Below, one piece after another: positions 10,561 through 24,255 of a DNA stretch of 64,000 nt (positions within the stretch are counted from its first letter, which is position 1; each line of letters begins with the position of its first letter). The position numbers and the translations under genes were made by a program. The notes under the pieces were generated by a model. It did not search any database. It saw only the letters and a list, made by a program, of their open reading frames with translations, and had not been told where the DNA came from. Where the stretch lies: contig OZ038378.1 in assembly GCA_964036045.1 (NCBI GenBank), positions 6,014,001 through 6,078,000 on the forward strand. Reading direction: 5' to 3'. This DNA comes from Eutreptiella sp. 'Long Island Sound 2002' (taxonomy: Eukaryota > Protista > Euglenida).

Positions 10561-12780
10561 GTTTCAACTTTAACGTCCTGTCGTGTCCAGGTGCTATCAA
10601 TGTCTGGCAATGTGATTTTGTAGGGGACAGTTTGAAAAGCAGAAACGCTGCATGCACCACATTTCTAGGGCCCACCCACGGCGCAACATGTAAACTCAAG
10701 AGCAGTTGGCAACAACGTCGAACCAGAATTTTCATGTTTGTCTCAGGAGCAATATAGTAGAGAACAACAGATGTTTTGGCCCATTCATATGCGCAAAACA
10801 AAACAGCACTAAGGTGTCCAAGTCAATCTAATAGACAGAGGCAGATGTAGTGTGTCATTATATATACATATACAACCTGTGGATGTACAATTGATATCAT
10901 ACACAAAGACAAATCGTGAGCGCACACCCATTAGCTTTGCTGTGTGGAGGATACTCACCATGTTTCATGGGTTAGGCGGAGGGCACACACCATCCTCTGC
11001 TGCTTTTAGATAACCTCTTTGTCAACTGGTCTACAGAGTGGCAAAATGGCCCGTTGACGCTGAATAGCGCCTGCCATCAGTAAGAGGACTGCTCACACCC
11101 CATGTGTTGCAAAGCGTGCAGGGTGATAGGCAGCATATTGCCAAAAGGCATCTTGGTGACATGGAGTGATCTTGGCAGTGCAGGAGCGGGGGAAGGGGTC
11201 GCTGTCAAGGGCTTGGCATGGAAGTGTCAGCTCCCCTCTGAGCGCGGTGGCGTTAGCTCCCTGAAGGAATAGTAGTGTCCGCTGATCCCCCTCTGGACAT
11301 GGCTGTGGTGGCTGCTTATATTCTACACATGAAAAATGTTCTCACTCTGTTGGAGCCCACACGGCCTTTAGCAAGGGGAGGGATCCAATTCGCTGTGTAG
11401 CGACACTTTGCATTTCTGTGATGTGGTTCACATGGGGTGGTTGTGACCTCCCTGTCCAAAGCAGCCACAATCGTAACATTGTGTCTACATTTGCTGCTAC
11501 CACAAACAAACATTTGCAATGTGGCATAGGCGTCTCTACATATCCAGACGACATGTCCATTGTGCTGCACTCATAGTCGAAGCAACATGACAACATTGCA
11601 ACATTGATCCACCTCCCAAACCAACCTCCAGGTTAGGTTCCCAACGATGTGATAATCCGATGGTCACGCGCTCTGTTTATGATTGGCCACACATTTTCCA
11701 GGAGGTTGGACCTCAGAAGTGCTGGGGTGGGGGTTGATCTTGTATGGACCTGGGCGCATAACATCTGTTTCACCATCCCCAAACTCGGGGGTTGGGGATG
11801 CCGTGACGGCATGAAATGGTCCCGGGGTGTGCAGCCTGTACAGCCCGCACACAGATGGCGCGTTGGATGTGCACTCGGACCGCAACAAAGCACACGGGGG
11901 ATGAACGCGGCCACCCCCTTTCCTCACGTTGCACCTGCACCAAGTCTGTGACACACAGCGCTCTACACACAGCACCCCTTCCGCAGCAGGTCACCAAAGC
12001 CCACGGCCCGAATAATCACCCGACCCCGACACAACAGCGCAAAGCATCCGCACAGATCTGCAGCCCCCATCAGAAGTGAAATGTCCGGGACACGGCTCTC
12101 GGGCCATCGTGCCCATTGTGGGTGTCCGGTGGGAGGAAGGGGTGCTACGTACACGAAGTACGCAGTGGGGCGTCCATTTCGCATTGTAATAATTCACAGG
12201 TCGTTGAAGTAGATGTGTTGCGCAGGCAATTGCGAGCAGGTCAGATCGAGGCTACGGGCCTAACCCATCCCTACTCATGCGACGGCACACTTGGTACCCC
12301 ATGGAGACGGCCTTTCCCTCACGCCCTTTTTAATCCGTGCATTTGCGCGGGCACTTCGCCAGCTTCATTTATTTTGAGCCGCGGCCGCGGCTGCGGCGTC
12401 TTTGGAATCTGGCGCTCTGCAGCTGCGGGTTCGCTTCCGGCTGAGGGATCCACAGCAATTCAATCTTTGCCGAGCGAAAATGGCGAGATGGTGCGAAAAC
12501 TGCATCCGGTGGCAGAAATGACGTGATGTTTCTGTACTACGGTCCTGAAACAGAGCATTTGCCCACCAGCCCTGACCTTGGGCACGGGCTCGTCAATTCT
12601 TTGCCAAGCGCTTCGTGGACGGTACACACATATCCTCCCCAGGTCCGCTCAACGCTCGTTTATAGAACAAGAAAAACGTGAAAGTTATGTGAAACAAGTG
12701 CCGATGAATGCTCGTGACGGATATGCAATGCGTATCGGCTCGAGGAAGCATTCGCCGGCTTTCGTTGCCCTATTCCCAGC

Positions 12781-12896
12781 CCCCTGTGTGACATTCCGTC
12801 TGGTTGTTGCTCCTTTACGGGGCCCTGGACGGTCACCCGTTCTTCCCTTCGCATGTTGCGTCGGGTCGCTGCTTTCTGTCGGCCGCTGCGGCCGGT
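12781..12896. repeat. ~116-bp dispersed repeat, essentially identical to 16329-16445
   Basis: cccctgtgtgacattccgtctggttgttgctcctttacggggccctggacggtcacccgttcttcccttcgcatgttgcgtcgggtcgctgctttctgtcggccgctgcggccggtg is present at both sites. Confidence 0.9.
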
Positions 12897-13497
12897 GCTC
12901 TTGCTGGTGTCGTTTCCGCGTTCGCCCCTACCTCCCTCCCTCAAGTGTGAGAGTAGCGGGTGATCAGGAGGTGCTCTAAGCTTGCAGTCTCATCACCCCC
13001 TTCGCAATAAACGTCGACAAGGCGTTGGGCCTTGATCCGTCCTGGTGTAACGAGCTCTTTGTCTGAGGACGTGACCATTGGGATCAGTGGGCAATAGTGG
13101 GTCAATTGGGAGCAAGACTGAGAACCGGGATTTCCGTTGCGATGGCGCTCGTTGCTCACCGCTCGTTGCCCGCACCACTGCAGAGGCGCGGGCATGGGCA
13201 TCCCATTGGATAGGGGGTAGAAATGTGGCAGGGTTCTGTCAACAGCGGACAACACCTGGTCAGCGGAGGCAGTCACAGTGGCTGCCTCGGTTCGCCACAG
13301 CACAGGAGACGTTGTAACGCCCCTTGGTGCTCAAAAAGGAGACTCTGACGAGTGCTGCGCGACGGAGATAACGCCACAGGCCACGCTGTTTGCAGTTCCA
13401 GCAAAGCGGAAGTGCTGTGGCCTGGCATGACCCCCGGAGCGGCAGTTGACTTGATGGGTTGCCGCGCGTACTCGCTGCTCGAGACTGGATTCGGCCA

Positions 13498-13652
13498 TCA
13501 ACTCGCGTGGCATGCCGCTCGGATCGCCGCAGCATTCATCCCTGGGCACACCGGCGTGCCACACTCCATGAAGCACACCCTGTTCAGGAGCTTGTTGAAG
13601 TTGGGGCACACGACCAGCTCCGCGGCAGCAGCCTCCGCCTCACACTCGGGCT
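13498..13652 (-). CDS. Exon 5 (terminal) of multidomain F5/8C-LamG gene; Cys-rich tail
   Basis: Acceptor gtgtgttcctcccaaccAG, phase 1, matching the exon 4 donor. Reads EPECEAEAAAAELVVCPNFNKLLNRVCFMECGTPVCPGMNAAAIRAACHAS*. Confidence 0.6.
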
Positions 13653-14200
13653 CTGGTTGGGAGGAACACACCAACAGCAGCGACGGAAGCGAGTCTCAGA
13701 CCTCGTTTCCAATAAAAGGGGCGGGGGGTGCGTGGGTCCGCAAGGGGTCTGCGTAGGTCTACACAGCGGCTGCTGCTGCAAGTTTCACATTCCTTGTGCA
13801 GCATTTTGGGTCAAGAGTTTCGGATTGTCGCCCTTTATGAACACCCCCCACAAAAGAGGGGTAGGGCAGTCCTGTGGCCGGCAGGCTGACCAAGCTGACC
13901 AGAAAATGTGGAGATGGACGGCATACGGCATACGCGTGCAGCGTGCGCACGCCGTGCGGCTTCTGTCCCACTGCCCCACTGTTCCAACAACAAGACCTCC
14001 AGAGAGGGGACCGCCGCGACATGCATCACCCGTGGCAGCCTCCTCCCAAACCCGTTGGATCAAGGGATGGACACACCTCTCGCCCAAGAGCTGAAGTAGG
14101 GTTTGGCCCAGGTCCCACGCACACCGCAGAGCAAAACCAAAACCACTGCTCTACAGCTCACCCCAAGGGGCAGTGGACGACACAGAGGCAGGGGGCGTAC

Positions 14201-15320
14201 CGACGGGGATACTCCCGCAGATGGGCACGACACGCGTGTCCTGCTGCCCGTCGAAGGTGAGATCCGGGCGGGAGGCGCACCGCTGGGCTGACTGCGTGTC
14301 AGCGCCGCCCCACGCGATGAGGGATGGGTCAAGGCCGAGGTACGCGTGCGCGGCCCGGCACGTCTCGGCGTCCCGGATGTGGAGGCCGGCGGGGCACTGC
14401 GCCCCGGGGGTGCCGAGGTAGTACCGGGGCGGCGTATACCACGCGGCCCCCGCCGGCAGAAAGGCCTCGGCCCAGGCCGCGGCCATGCGGATGTCGCCCT
14501 GGAACCAGGACGCGGGCCCGGCCGCCGCCGCGTCGGCCCCCAGGACCAGCGGCGCCGCGCCCGGCACCCAGTCACCGGCGGACTGGGCGGAGCACGAAAG
14601 GAGCCCATCCACAAACAGCGCCAGTCCTGCCCCCTTCCGGACGAGGCTGAGGCGGTGCCACACGCCCCGGCCCAGCGGCTTGGCGGAGGTGAGCGCGGCC
14701 CCCCACACTCCGCCCCGGGGGATGCGGCGGGAGCACAAGGGGCGGTAGTCTGGGCCGGTGCTGTAGCCCGGGACGCCCGTGAGGGACAGCACCGCGTAGT
14801 CCTGAGCGATCTGCAGCACAAAGCCGGGCCCGGCGCCGCCGGGGCTGCGCTGAGCCAACACGGGCCCGGCGTTCACAGGGGCTTCGTCGGCAATGCGGAC
14901 GGTCGCCGCGAATGTGAAATCGGACCGGGTCAGCCGGAAGGAAGGCGGATCCGACGGACCTCCAGAGGCCGTCGTCATGGGTGAAACATCAGGGAAATGT
15001 GCCGCCGCAAGCGGCGGCGGCGGCGGCACAGTCGGGGGCGGCGCGCACGCGGCATGCGCCTTGGACTTGGGGACGAAGAACGCGGCATCCCCGGCCTCGA
15101 TCCGCAGCGCCCGCAGCGCGGCCCGCGCCGCCCATGCCCGGCAGCGCAGGTGCAGCGGCCCGCGCGGGACGGGGAACGATGTTGGAGCGACGTGCCATGC
15201 GAACTCCTCCGATGCGGTTTGGGGCACTTGGAGGTGGGCGGCTGATGAGCCAATTTCGAGCCGGAAAAGGGGCGCGGAGTGACCTGCGGGGGCACGGACC
15301 TCGAATGCCAATCGAAGGAC
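14201..15320 (-). CDS. Exon 4: LamG/concanavalin A-like domain plus Cys-rich segment
   Basis: Acceptor cttttcctcatttcAG (phase 0), donor G|GTACGC (phase 1), 1120 nt, very GC-rich codons. 'DFTFAATVR', 'GVWHRLSLVRKGAGLALFVDG', 'PLVLGA...WFQGDIRMAAAW' fit LamG-3; followed by 'YYLGTPGAQCPAGLHIRDAETCRAA'. Confidence 0.85.
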
Positions 15321-16328
15321 CTGAAATGAGGAAAAGCCTAGAGACAGCGAGACCTGTTGGGACCCACCGGCATTAGGGGGCGATTCAGAGGCTGCCCGGA
15401 GGCCGCCAAGGCGTTCTGTGCGCTGGACAACTCAATGTCGCGGGTGCAGGACTCACACCGTGAGAGACAGCCATTGCGTGATTCGCAAGGCCACACGCCG
15501 CCCACCCAACAACGCCCATGCACTGCCCTCAGCCAGGCCATGTAGTGCCAATCGACCACTAAAAGGCGCGTAGCCCCGAAAGCAGCCAAAGCGTCGTGAA
15601 ACACCCCATCACAAACCGCCAACCGCCGCTGTCGCACATGCACTGGAAATGAATGCCTTGGCCAGCCCTTCAGAAGGTGTTGTTCACTCGCCGTAACGTG
15701 AGAAAACTATTACACGCGACTCTCCTTTGCGGCAGGACCACCAGCGATGAAGTGTCAACCAACGGCAACCGACGGGTAAGTGCCACTGGTGCCTTGCCCA
15801 GGGCCGTCGGGTGACCACCATCCGCTGTCGGAAATCTGCCGACGACCGCCAGTCCCTGTGCCAGACAGCCGACAGGGACAGGGCCATGGGGATGACGGGG
15901 GATATGGGGGATTCAGGGCCAGAATGGGTAGAAGGGGGGCATAGGGGGTGAAGGAAATGCCCGCAGACATGGACTCAGTGGAATCTGACAGGCAGGCTAT
16001 GCTCAACGGTTCACCGTGGCCCACTGGAATATGCCCGCGTTATCTGGGAAGTCCCGCAACGTCGAGGACAGGCCCGTGTCCACATCCCCGGGACAAACTT
16101 CATTGGGAAGAATTGTTCGCAAATCGATGGGCTTCCATCAGCCAAGGTCTGACCCGGAGGCCGGGTCGGGGTCAAAATCCTTTTTTGTGCCTTTCAGGCA
16201 TTTTTGAATTCTCCACAAAAAAAATTCTGATTATTTTGAGTATAGACACATCGGGTCGAACAAAAAAATTTCCCCCTGCCATATGCCTAAAAGAAAATCT
16301 CTGGCGCCCACAAAACCCATTGTACCCC

Positions 16329-16445
16329 CCCCTGTGTGACATTCCGTCTGGTTGTTGCTCCTTTACGGGGCCCTGGACGGTCACCCGTTCTTCCCTTCGC
16401 ATGTTGCGTCGGGTCGCTGCTTTCTGTCGGCCGCTGCGGCCGGTG
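16329..16445. repeat. Second copy of the ~116-bp dispersed repeat, inside intron 3
   Basis: Identical to 12781-12896; embedded in a longer intronic repeat-like block at ~16160-16560. Confidence 0.9.
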
Positions 16446-16622
16446 GTCCTGCTGGTGTCGTTTCCGCGTTCACGGAGCCCCCCCCCCCTTTGGGGTCGGG
16501 TCCTGACCAGGATCGGCCCCCGTGATTTTTAGGGGGGGATCGACGGTGGTCGGGGGAGAATGCCCATGTCTCGAAACAGGCCCGTCAAGCGGATGGGAAA
16601 GCTGCAGATGAGGGCACAGCAC

Positions 16623-17417
16623 CGTGTCCGAAGAGGCAACAAGTTGAAACGTCGCTTGGCCTCCATCGCCCTCCGGCAGCCACACATACTCCGGCACTTC
16701 CCCTGCCTTCACCACTGGTACCGTCAAGAGACCCGCGGCTGCGTCGATGACGCGGGTGTACTCCGGATCGCCGGGCGGTGCTGGGGTGCAGTCGCGGCAC
16801 GTCAGCAACCCGACGCGCATCGCCAGCCTCCACGACCAGCTCTGAGGGTACACACGCACGTAACGCGCGCGCACCGGGACCGAAAAGTACGACGCCGCGC
16901 GCGCGTCGTTCGCGCTGTACCCGTAGCTGCCGGGGAAGTCTGCGCCGTTGTCGACGTACTCCCACGCGTGTCCATCGTTGCTGATCGCGACCTCGTACCG
17001 CACGACGGCAGGGTACGCGCCGTGGACACCCTGCGTCACGATACCGTCAACGCGCTCGACCTGACCCATATCCATTTCGTACCACTCGCCCAGGCGTTGT
17101 GTGTCGGACACCCATCCTCCTAATGAGTCCAGGCGCCCCCGGTTGTGTCCCGTCCCGGAGACATCGCCGTTCTGCACAGATGAGGCTCGTCGCATGGCAT
17201 CGGCTGGGTTCACTTCGATGCAACGCCGGCAGACCATCACCCCAGCTCGCAGCGCTGGTCTCGGCCCAACCCACTGCTCGGGATATATGCGCACAAAGCG
17301 CGCCTGGTACGGGCGAGAAAACCAGCCCACAACTTTGTTGAATTCATCGTGTTTGGTGTTGCCGGCAAACAGCGCTCCACTGTCAACCGCCGACCATGCA
17401 AATCCATCACCACTGAC
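16623..17417 (-). CDS. Exon 3: C-terminal half of F5/8 type C domain 1 and complete F5/8 type C domain 2
   Basis: Acceptor cactctccacAG (phase 0), donor ACG|GTGCTG (phase 0), 795 nt. Contains 'ARFVRIYPEQW...LRAGV', 'GEWYEMDMGQVERVDGIVTQG', 'YEVAISNDGHAWEYV' and 'RARYVRVYPQSWSWRLAMRVGLLTC'. Confidence 0.92.
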
Positions 17418-18081
17418 CTGTGGAGAGTGTTGTAAACTGACGACAGGCGTCTCTGCAGCCCCATCCATACACGGGCATTTGATAAAAGTGAGTGAGCATC
17501 TTAGTCATATTTCCTCGAATTTTTGGAAACAAAATAAGGGCTGCAAATGGCCAAAAACAAAGTCCGGTGCACTGCCCAGGCTGCTGCCTAGAGGGGCAGA
17601 TTTTCACCTTGCCGGTCTTGCTCCAAGATGTTGTCACTTCAACCAAAAGCGAAAGAGGATAAATTATGCCTTTTGAGGTGGAGAATCCAAATAAGCCAGA
17701 GCCAGCCTCAACAAACAACAGATTGGGGAAATTGTCCAACTGCCCTAAACTACAAACCTTCCCCCAAAACCCAGATGCAACCTGTGGACAAACCTCCCCA
17801 TGGGGGGTGCATGCACCACCCAGCCCGTGACAGGGTGAATTTAGATCTGTGCGTTTGTGCATGTTTTGAGGCCCTATGTTGGGTGGCCATCCCCCTAAAT
17901 TTTACCCAATAGGGCCCATGTAGCAGGTGTTGCAACTACCACAAGGTCAAGACGTCAGCCGAATGCAAGGCCTAGACAGCAACTGAAGGTCCACACCACG
18001 GGGCCCTCGGAGATTCAATAAATCGGTCAAATTACATTGCAAAAGCCCTTTTCACGCGATTTTCAGAAATGCATAACATAC

Positions 18082-18306
18082 AGGATGCTAAAGCAGACCG
18101 ACTGAAACAACAGGTGATTTTGGGAGGATGCTGAAGCTGAGCAACCGAAACTACAGATGTTTATGGGAGAATGCTGAAGCAGACCAAGTGAAACGACAGA
18201 TATTTATGTGAGGACACGAAAGCTCAAGCAGACCGTCTGAGATGACAGATGTTTATAGGAGGATGCTCAAGCAGACCGACTGAAATGATAATGCTGAACC
18301 AGACCG
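18082..18306. repeat. Degenerate ~41-bp minisatellite (5-6 copies) in intron 2
   Basis: Approximate consensus ggaggatgctgaagcagaccgactgaaacgacagatgtttat, repeated in tandem. Confidence 0.8.
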
Positions 18307-18982
18307 TTGTGGATGACGTCTGCCTTTGTATCTTTGGGGTGGGGTTGTGCAGCCTTTGGATTGGCTTTACAAAAGTCCCAAAGAACATCCATCAATAGTG
18401 TTCAATCATCCTTTCAACAAGGTCAAATCTCCCAAAGGCATTCCTGGGACAATGCCCTGGAGCAGGAAACCAAAGTGCCACAAATCAACACTGTTGATGG
18501 GACCCCATCTATTTGAGGGGTGTTTACAACCGATGTAGGTAGTTCATCTATTGCCATTTGTACTGCACATTGGCGCAATGCTACACATACCTCCAATGGG
18601 AAACCATCAGAAGCATGGAGAACAATGACACTAGCATGCAGGGCAGGAGGTGTGTCATCACAGAAGTCGCAACACGAGGGGGGCTGCAAGATAGGGGTGG
18701 GGTGCGACCGAGTGGCATGGTGGAGACATGTGCATGTGTGGCAGCAATGTTGTGCAATGCAGCCAGTGCCATTTCACGCAATGGCCACAGCAGGTGCAAA
18801 AGACCACGAACCAGTCGTATTGAGAATGCAATGAATGGGCCATGCACTCAACCAACACAACCAGAATTGGCAAAACTACTGTTGTCAATGGGCCCACATG
18901 ACAACCCCCAGCACACATGTGCGACTGTGCCACAAGCCTAACTCGCACTCATGCCATCGCAGACAACCCGCAGTCGCAACAC

Positions 18983-19605
18983 CTGCACTTTGTACGCAGT
19001 GACCCACTGCGGGGCATCACCCCTGCCCCGTAGCACCACGGCGTCCACCCGCATCGAGGACCCCAAATCGATCTCATACCACTCCCCCACAACCGCCTGC
19101 GCCGCCACCCACGCAGTCTTTGACCTCAAGGACCCACGACGGAAGTCTTGCCACACCGAAGAGGACCGCCGCTGCTGTGTGGGGGGATCTGACACGGCAC
19201 AGTCCACTGGCAGAAACAGGTACATGGCCGACCGGGCATCCAGAGTGAAGGCAGTGGTCCGGAACGTTCGCGTGTACATCTGCACGTCCGTAAATGGGGA
19301 GATGTAAGCGCCCCCAGGGTCCAGTAGCCGCCAGCCAGTCAAGTCCACTTCAGGCCAAATCGGGCGACGGAGCAGGACGGCATCGATGGGCTGGACGGCT
19401 TGCAACCAGGCTTCATCAGTGCCTCCCATATCAGTGCTGGCAAAGAAGGCCTTGTTGAGGCGGTTTGCAAGCGGGCTGGACTCGAGGTTGTTGTAGTGGC
19501 TGCCTTGAGGGGACAGCGCGATCCCGTTCGATGTGAGAGGCGCGATGCTGTTCCTCAGCTCGTGCAGCTGGATCCCGATTGCACTGCTGGCGTAAAAGAG
19601 TCCCG
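18983..19605 (-). CDS. Exon 2: unknown domain plus N-terminal half of F5/8 type C domain 1
   Basis: Acceptor atgtcaacAG (phase 1), donor CAG|GTGTTG (phase 0), 623 nt. Ends 'AWVAAQAVVGEWYEIDLGSSMRVDAVVLRGRGDAPQWVTAYKVQ', which continues as a discoidin domain into exon 3 'VSGDGFAWSAV'. Confidence 0.88.
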
Positions 19606-20194
19606 CTGTTGACATGTTTGCATATAGTGAGCAACCCAAGTGAGCGGGTGTTGGACACGGGGCTATACTAAGGCATATGCGGGCCCACGAGGAGGAGGGG
19701 CGGGCAGACCCAAACACCGCACTGGTCTCCCTTACACGAGACGGTCGAGCAGGTGTCCGATCTGATCGCCGCAAAAGCTCACAGACTCACCGAACTCACC
19801 GAATGAGGACGTCAAAGGCTGCACACATCGGGGGCGGGGAAGGGGGGTTCTGAAACGACTATGATGCGAAGAGGACGCAGAGTGTTTACGAGAAGGGGAA
19901 AAGATGCAACAGGGCAGATGAATGGGACACTTGGATGCATGTTTCCCTGTCCCTTTTTCCGGCCTTTTCCGCACTCATGCAATACCCTGGGGAAGGGAAG
20001 CTTTACTGGCTGAATATGCTGGACACAAGTACCCATTTGTGGAGCAGTCACCCTCTGCACCCCCTGTGCAATATGTGGTTGGTATCAGATGTCTTTGTGA
20101 CAAAGACTGTGCGGGGCATGTCAAGGCATGATCCTCTTCATCTTCCTGTGCCAGCTCCGTGTTTTGAATGCATTGGGAAACCGCTTGAATGACC

Positions 20195-20577
20195 GTGGTT
20201 ACCCCCCCCCCCCTGTATAAGCTACGCAAAAGCCACAAATTAATACGTCCTTACACCCACTGTAGCTTGGACAAGGCCGTAGACACCCAGGTTCAAAAAG
20301 AGAAGATTGTATGGGGAACGGGTGCAAGAAAGGGGTACATAATGCACAAACATCCCCAAAATCAGAGCTATGTAGGTTCAAGTGGGCAAACACTCACAAC
20401 AAATGTGCCCATGACTCAATGTAGCTGGCGAATTTGTGACCAAAAACCATGTCTTATGTGGCTGCACTACATTTGGTACCGAATCAAATTAGGTCCCAAA
20501 TTAATGTGGTCCCTACGCCCGCTGTACCTTGGACAAGGCCGTAGCTTATACAAAGGGCGGGGGGGGGGGGTTACAAC
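20195..20577. mobile_element. MITE-like element with ~30-bp imperfect TIRs in intron 1
   Basis: Left end gtggttaccccccccccctgtataagctacg; right end cgtagcttatacaaagggcggggggggggggttacaac is its approximate reverse complement. No TSD confirmed. Confidence 0.55.
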
Positions 20578-20835
20578 TATTATAAGGGGCGGTGTGGACC
20601 GTTCACACTGTCCAGGAATGGCAATGGCACAATCCCTGGGGAGAGTGCACATGTGGGAGGGGATGCCAGCAGGTCGGCACTGAAGGTACGCCTGAGGGAG
20701 GGCACACCAACTGTCTGTGCGCACAACATGATTCCGGTCATAGCGACACAGAGATTTGTGAGTGTTGCAGGTGAACACAAACAATGCAGGGGGAGGGAGA
20801 ACAGAGGGGGGGTGAGGAGACCACCCCCACCACCA

Positions 20836-20838
<3 letters not shown>

Positions 20839-20907
<69 letters not shown>
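20839..20907. repeat. (CA)n microsatellite
   Basis: Direct reading. Confidence 0.98.
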
Positions 20908-20909
<2 letters not shown>

Positions 20910-21050
20910 CGGCGACAAACAGAGCACAGAAAAGACTGGTCTGGATGTACTAGATCTCGTCAGGTGCAAAGCAGAACAAAAACAGTAGCATGTCCCGCCT
21001 GCACTAGGCGCCTTTCTGTGTGAGGAGAAACAGGGCCAGCAGCTCAACGG

Positions 21051-21295
<245 letters not shown>

Positions 21296-22103
21296 TGGGA
21301 TGGTGCCTCAGGTGCAGGACAGTGCATAGTTGCTGGGGCTGTGAAAAAATAAACAACACATCCGAGTTTTGTGTGCACGGCCCGTTATGCGCCTACAATG
21401 GACTGTATGCATAGAATTCATGCAATAAACAACACACCTTGCGATCTCGTAGGCCTTCTCCCCTGCTACTCGCACAAACTGGGGCAGAGCTGCAATGATA
21501 CGCCCAAAAACGGTGTGGAAATTGCTGTTTTACTTTTTGTGCATCATGGTTTGCATGTTGTCTGTTGCAATTCGACCAGCCCTTGGACCCACCACCTCTG
21601 ACATCTTTGGAAGCTCGGGCCCACCAGTGATTTTTTGGCCCTGCAAATCCCCTATTTCGAAGGTGCCGATCAAGAAATCCCCCCGCCCCCCCAAAAAATG
21701 CACCAGCACATTCGAACCAGAAAGCGCTTTTCTTTTGGTCCTTCCGCCAGTCCTGAGTTCGGCCCCACACGTGGAGGGCGGAATCATGGCAAAGCCACGG
21801 TTCGTATTGGTCTTGCATGCTGGTCTGTGAGAGGTGTTAGATAACATCCCCAAACCCCCAGGAGAGGTACGTACACTGGTATGTACCATCAGGGTATGCC
21901 TACAAAGGCCACGACACTTGTATTCAAGTGCCAATCGGTCTGCTCGGAAAGTCAAAACGAGGTCTTCGCTTCAAGCTTCCTTCATTTGATGCGCCTACCT
22001 TGCTTTCTCAAGGTCGGGTTGATCTGACAACATCGCTGGCGATGTGATGTTTCTGCCCCCCCTCCCCCCCTTCACGAGAGTATCTCTTTGCGCGCATGCA
22101 CAC

Positions 22104-22908
22104 CTCTAACAATTATGAGAGCCGACAATTCTGATTCCGTTTCCGTGTCCAGGTCTTGCTCCCCCTCGGGACAGTACTGACACCGGGGATCCGCCAAAAA
22201 ATTGATGTGGCAGCAGCCATCTCCTGTTGCAACCACTTTGCATGCAGCCTCACAGGATTGCCTGTCCAAGGAGGATGGAGTCAAGGGAATGCAGTCGTAT
22301 TCACCGTCATTCCAGCAGTGGCGCGGCATCCAAGGCTCCATGAAACTGTGCTGCGCCTCCTGCAGTGCGTATAGTTCCACGTTGGTCACTATATTAGGGT
22401 CCTCCGCACGTATGCCACCTTGAAGCTCCCTGACCTGCCCCACTGCAAACCACGGTCCTGAGCCATCTGCTGCCCCCCTGAGCAACGACGCCTCTTCTGT
22501 ACTGTACTCCAAGCCCTTGAAGGGTGTGCCCGGGCTGTCCACATTGATGGAAATTGGTATGTAGCCCTTAATGGCCCCAATGGTCATGGGGTTGGACGCC
22601 TGCTTCCACACGTTGAAATTGGGCCAGCGCTTGGAAGGATACAGCAGCTTGAACATAAACAGGCCATCAGGGTTGCGGTGTGAGTCGCCAAGAGCAGCAA
22701 GGATGCTGTAATTAGGGTCGGTGGTACTCCCAAGGCGACGCCATTCTTCTTTCGTTGGGTAGTCACGATTTCTTTGGGCCGTTTGACGGCATAAAAGCAG
22801 CTCCTCGTGGTCATCTGGGGTTGCAAGGTCGTGATTTGAATGCATGCGGACCCCAGTCCATAACGAAGAAAACAGCAGCCCAAATACAAACGCTGAGAGT
22901 GCTGACAT
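22104..22908 (-). CDS. Exon 1 (or first recognised exon): possible signal peptide, fibrinogen-like domain, Cys-rich segment
   Basis: Open frame with donor AGAG|GTGTGC (phase 1). ATG 22908 gives the hydrophobic leader MSALSAFVFGLLFSSLWTG; an alternative internal acceptor lies at 22815. 'LLLCRQT...NYSILAAL...RNPDGLFMFKLLYP...FNVWKQASNP...GYIPISI...FKGLE' resembles the fibrinogen-like module of protist multidomain proteins. Confidence 0.75.
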
Positions 22909-23491
22909 GGATTGACAGTGGTTCTGCAGAAGATGCACGCACTGATGCACGCGAGCCAACACATTCAGCACCACAAGTTTATCGCACTCACCACAAGGTG
23001 TGGTGGTGTGCTTTTTCGCAGCATAAAGCACAAGCATCGGCCTCATCCCTCCCATCATCTTGCTTGGCAGCCGTATTCAAAGATGTTTTTATGGTCCATA
23101 GGGGAGGTAATGACCTTACTTCAAATGCACAGCTGTATGAAGTGCCTCCAATGCAAAAATCTTTGAAATCCAGCAAAATGCACACAGCCTGATAGAACTC
23201 ATTTGCACTGCACCGCCACATGTCCCTAAGCAAACACAATGCCACAAATGAACAAATTGTTGCTCAAACCTTGCCGTGCACCACCCATGCTGTAGCGGGG
23301 TCCCAAAGCAGGGAGGAGACTGGTGGGTACATAACAAGCCGGGGAGAGCTGGGTGGTGCAATGCTGGTTGGGGGCACTGAGCTAAAAAGTTGCCCACCAC
23401 ACCAGTGTCACTGTCAAAGAGGCCCGTCTATGCACTTGAGACCACAGAACCGTATGGAAAATTGCATATTCTCATGGAGCAATTGGACATG

Positions 23492-23563
23492 GCAAGTGGG
23501 TACATAATCCTTGCGAGCTCGGGGACCGCAAGTGGGTACATAATCCTTGCGAGCTCGGGGACC
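23492..23563. repeat. Perfect 36-bp tandem duplication, satellite-family related
   Basis: gcaagtgggtacataatccttgcgagctcggggacc x2; resembles the (aa)gtggctacat.accc.tgcc.tctcgggg.cc family that dominates 48-64 kb. Confidence 0.9.
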
Positions 23564-24255
23564 ACAAGGGAACCAAGTTTTGGTTGCCATTTCCATTGAT
23601 GGCACTCAACTTGGGCAACGTTCCTTTGAGCACCTTGCTGTAGCGGAGTTGGGGAGCCGTCTACCTTTTGGTTCATGGGTGCTACTCCATGGCTCGGAGA
23701 CCACCCAAATTCTTCGCGAACTGGCCTACCAAGAGAATTGGAACGTTGATGTGCTGGCTGTGCCTAGAGAACGGCTAGAAGGGGTAGTTTTTATTCTAAT
23801 TCCCGTGCTCCACTTTCCTTTTTTTTTCTTAATCAGAACACCAACTTTGGATGCCCGCCATGCCTGAGACTCATTTTTTGGGGGTGGGGGGCACTTGGGG
23901 TGGAATTTTTACCTCAAAGGGTCCCCTCCACCCGAATTTTCCGAAAATGTGTCGATGGGTCAAAAAAATGCCTTCTAACTTGCAAGAAATGCTTTCTAAA
24001 AGCATTCTAATTCCAAACTCCGTGCGCCGCCGGTTTTTAAGATTTATGACTAGAACTGTTTTAGAACGCGCACGCAACAAAGCATACATTTAAGCAATAC
24101 TACCCTTTTTGCTAGTCCTCACGGTCTTGTACCAGCGCCCATTGGAGCTTAGTGTGCAAGTACAGCGCACGAATCTATGCGATGCTCGGTGGGAGTTGGT
24201 AAGTTTGGCCGCACTACGTACCACCACTCTCAGGAGGACACACATCCATGACCTC

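Noticed and set aside
12941-13609. Minus-strand ORFs 13331-13609 and 12941-13303 as further exons
   Set aside because: The phase-compatible exon ends at the TGA at 13498 in another frame, and these ORFs show no recognisable domain.
14060-14984. Overlapping 212-253 aa ORFs in other frames and strands
   Set aside because: Shadow ORFs of the very GC-rich LamG exon, rich in Arg/Pro/Gly, with no motifs.
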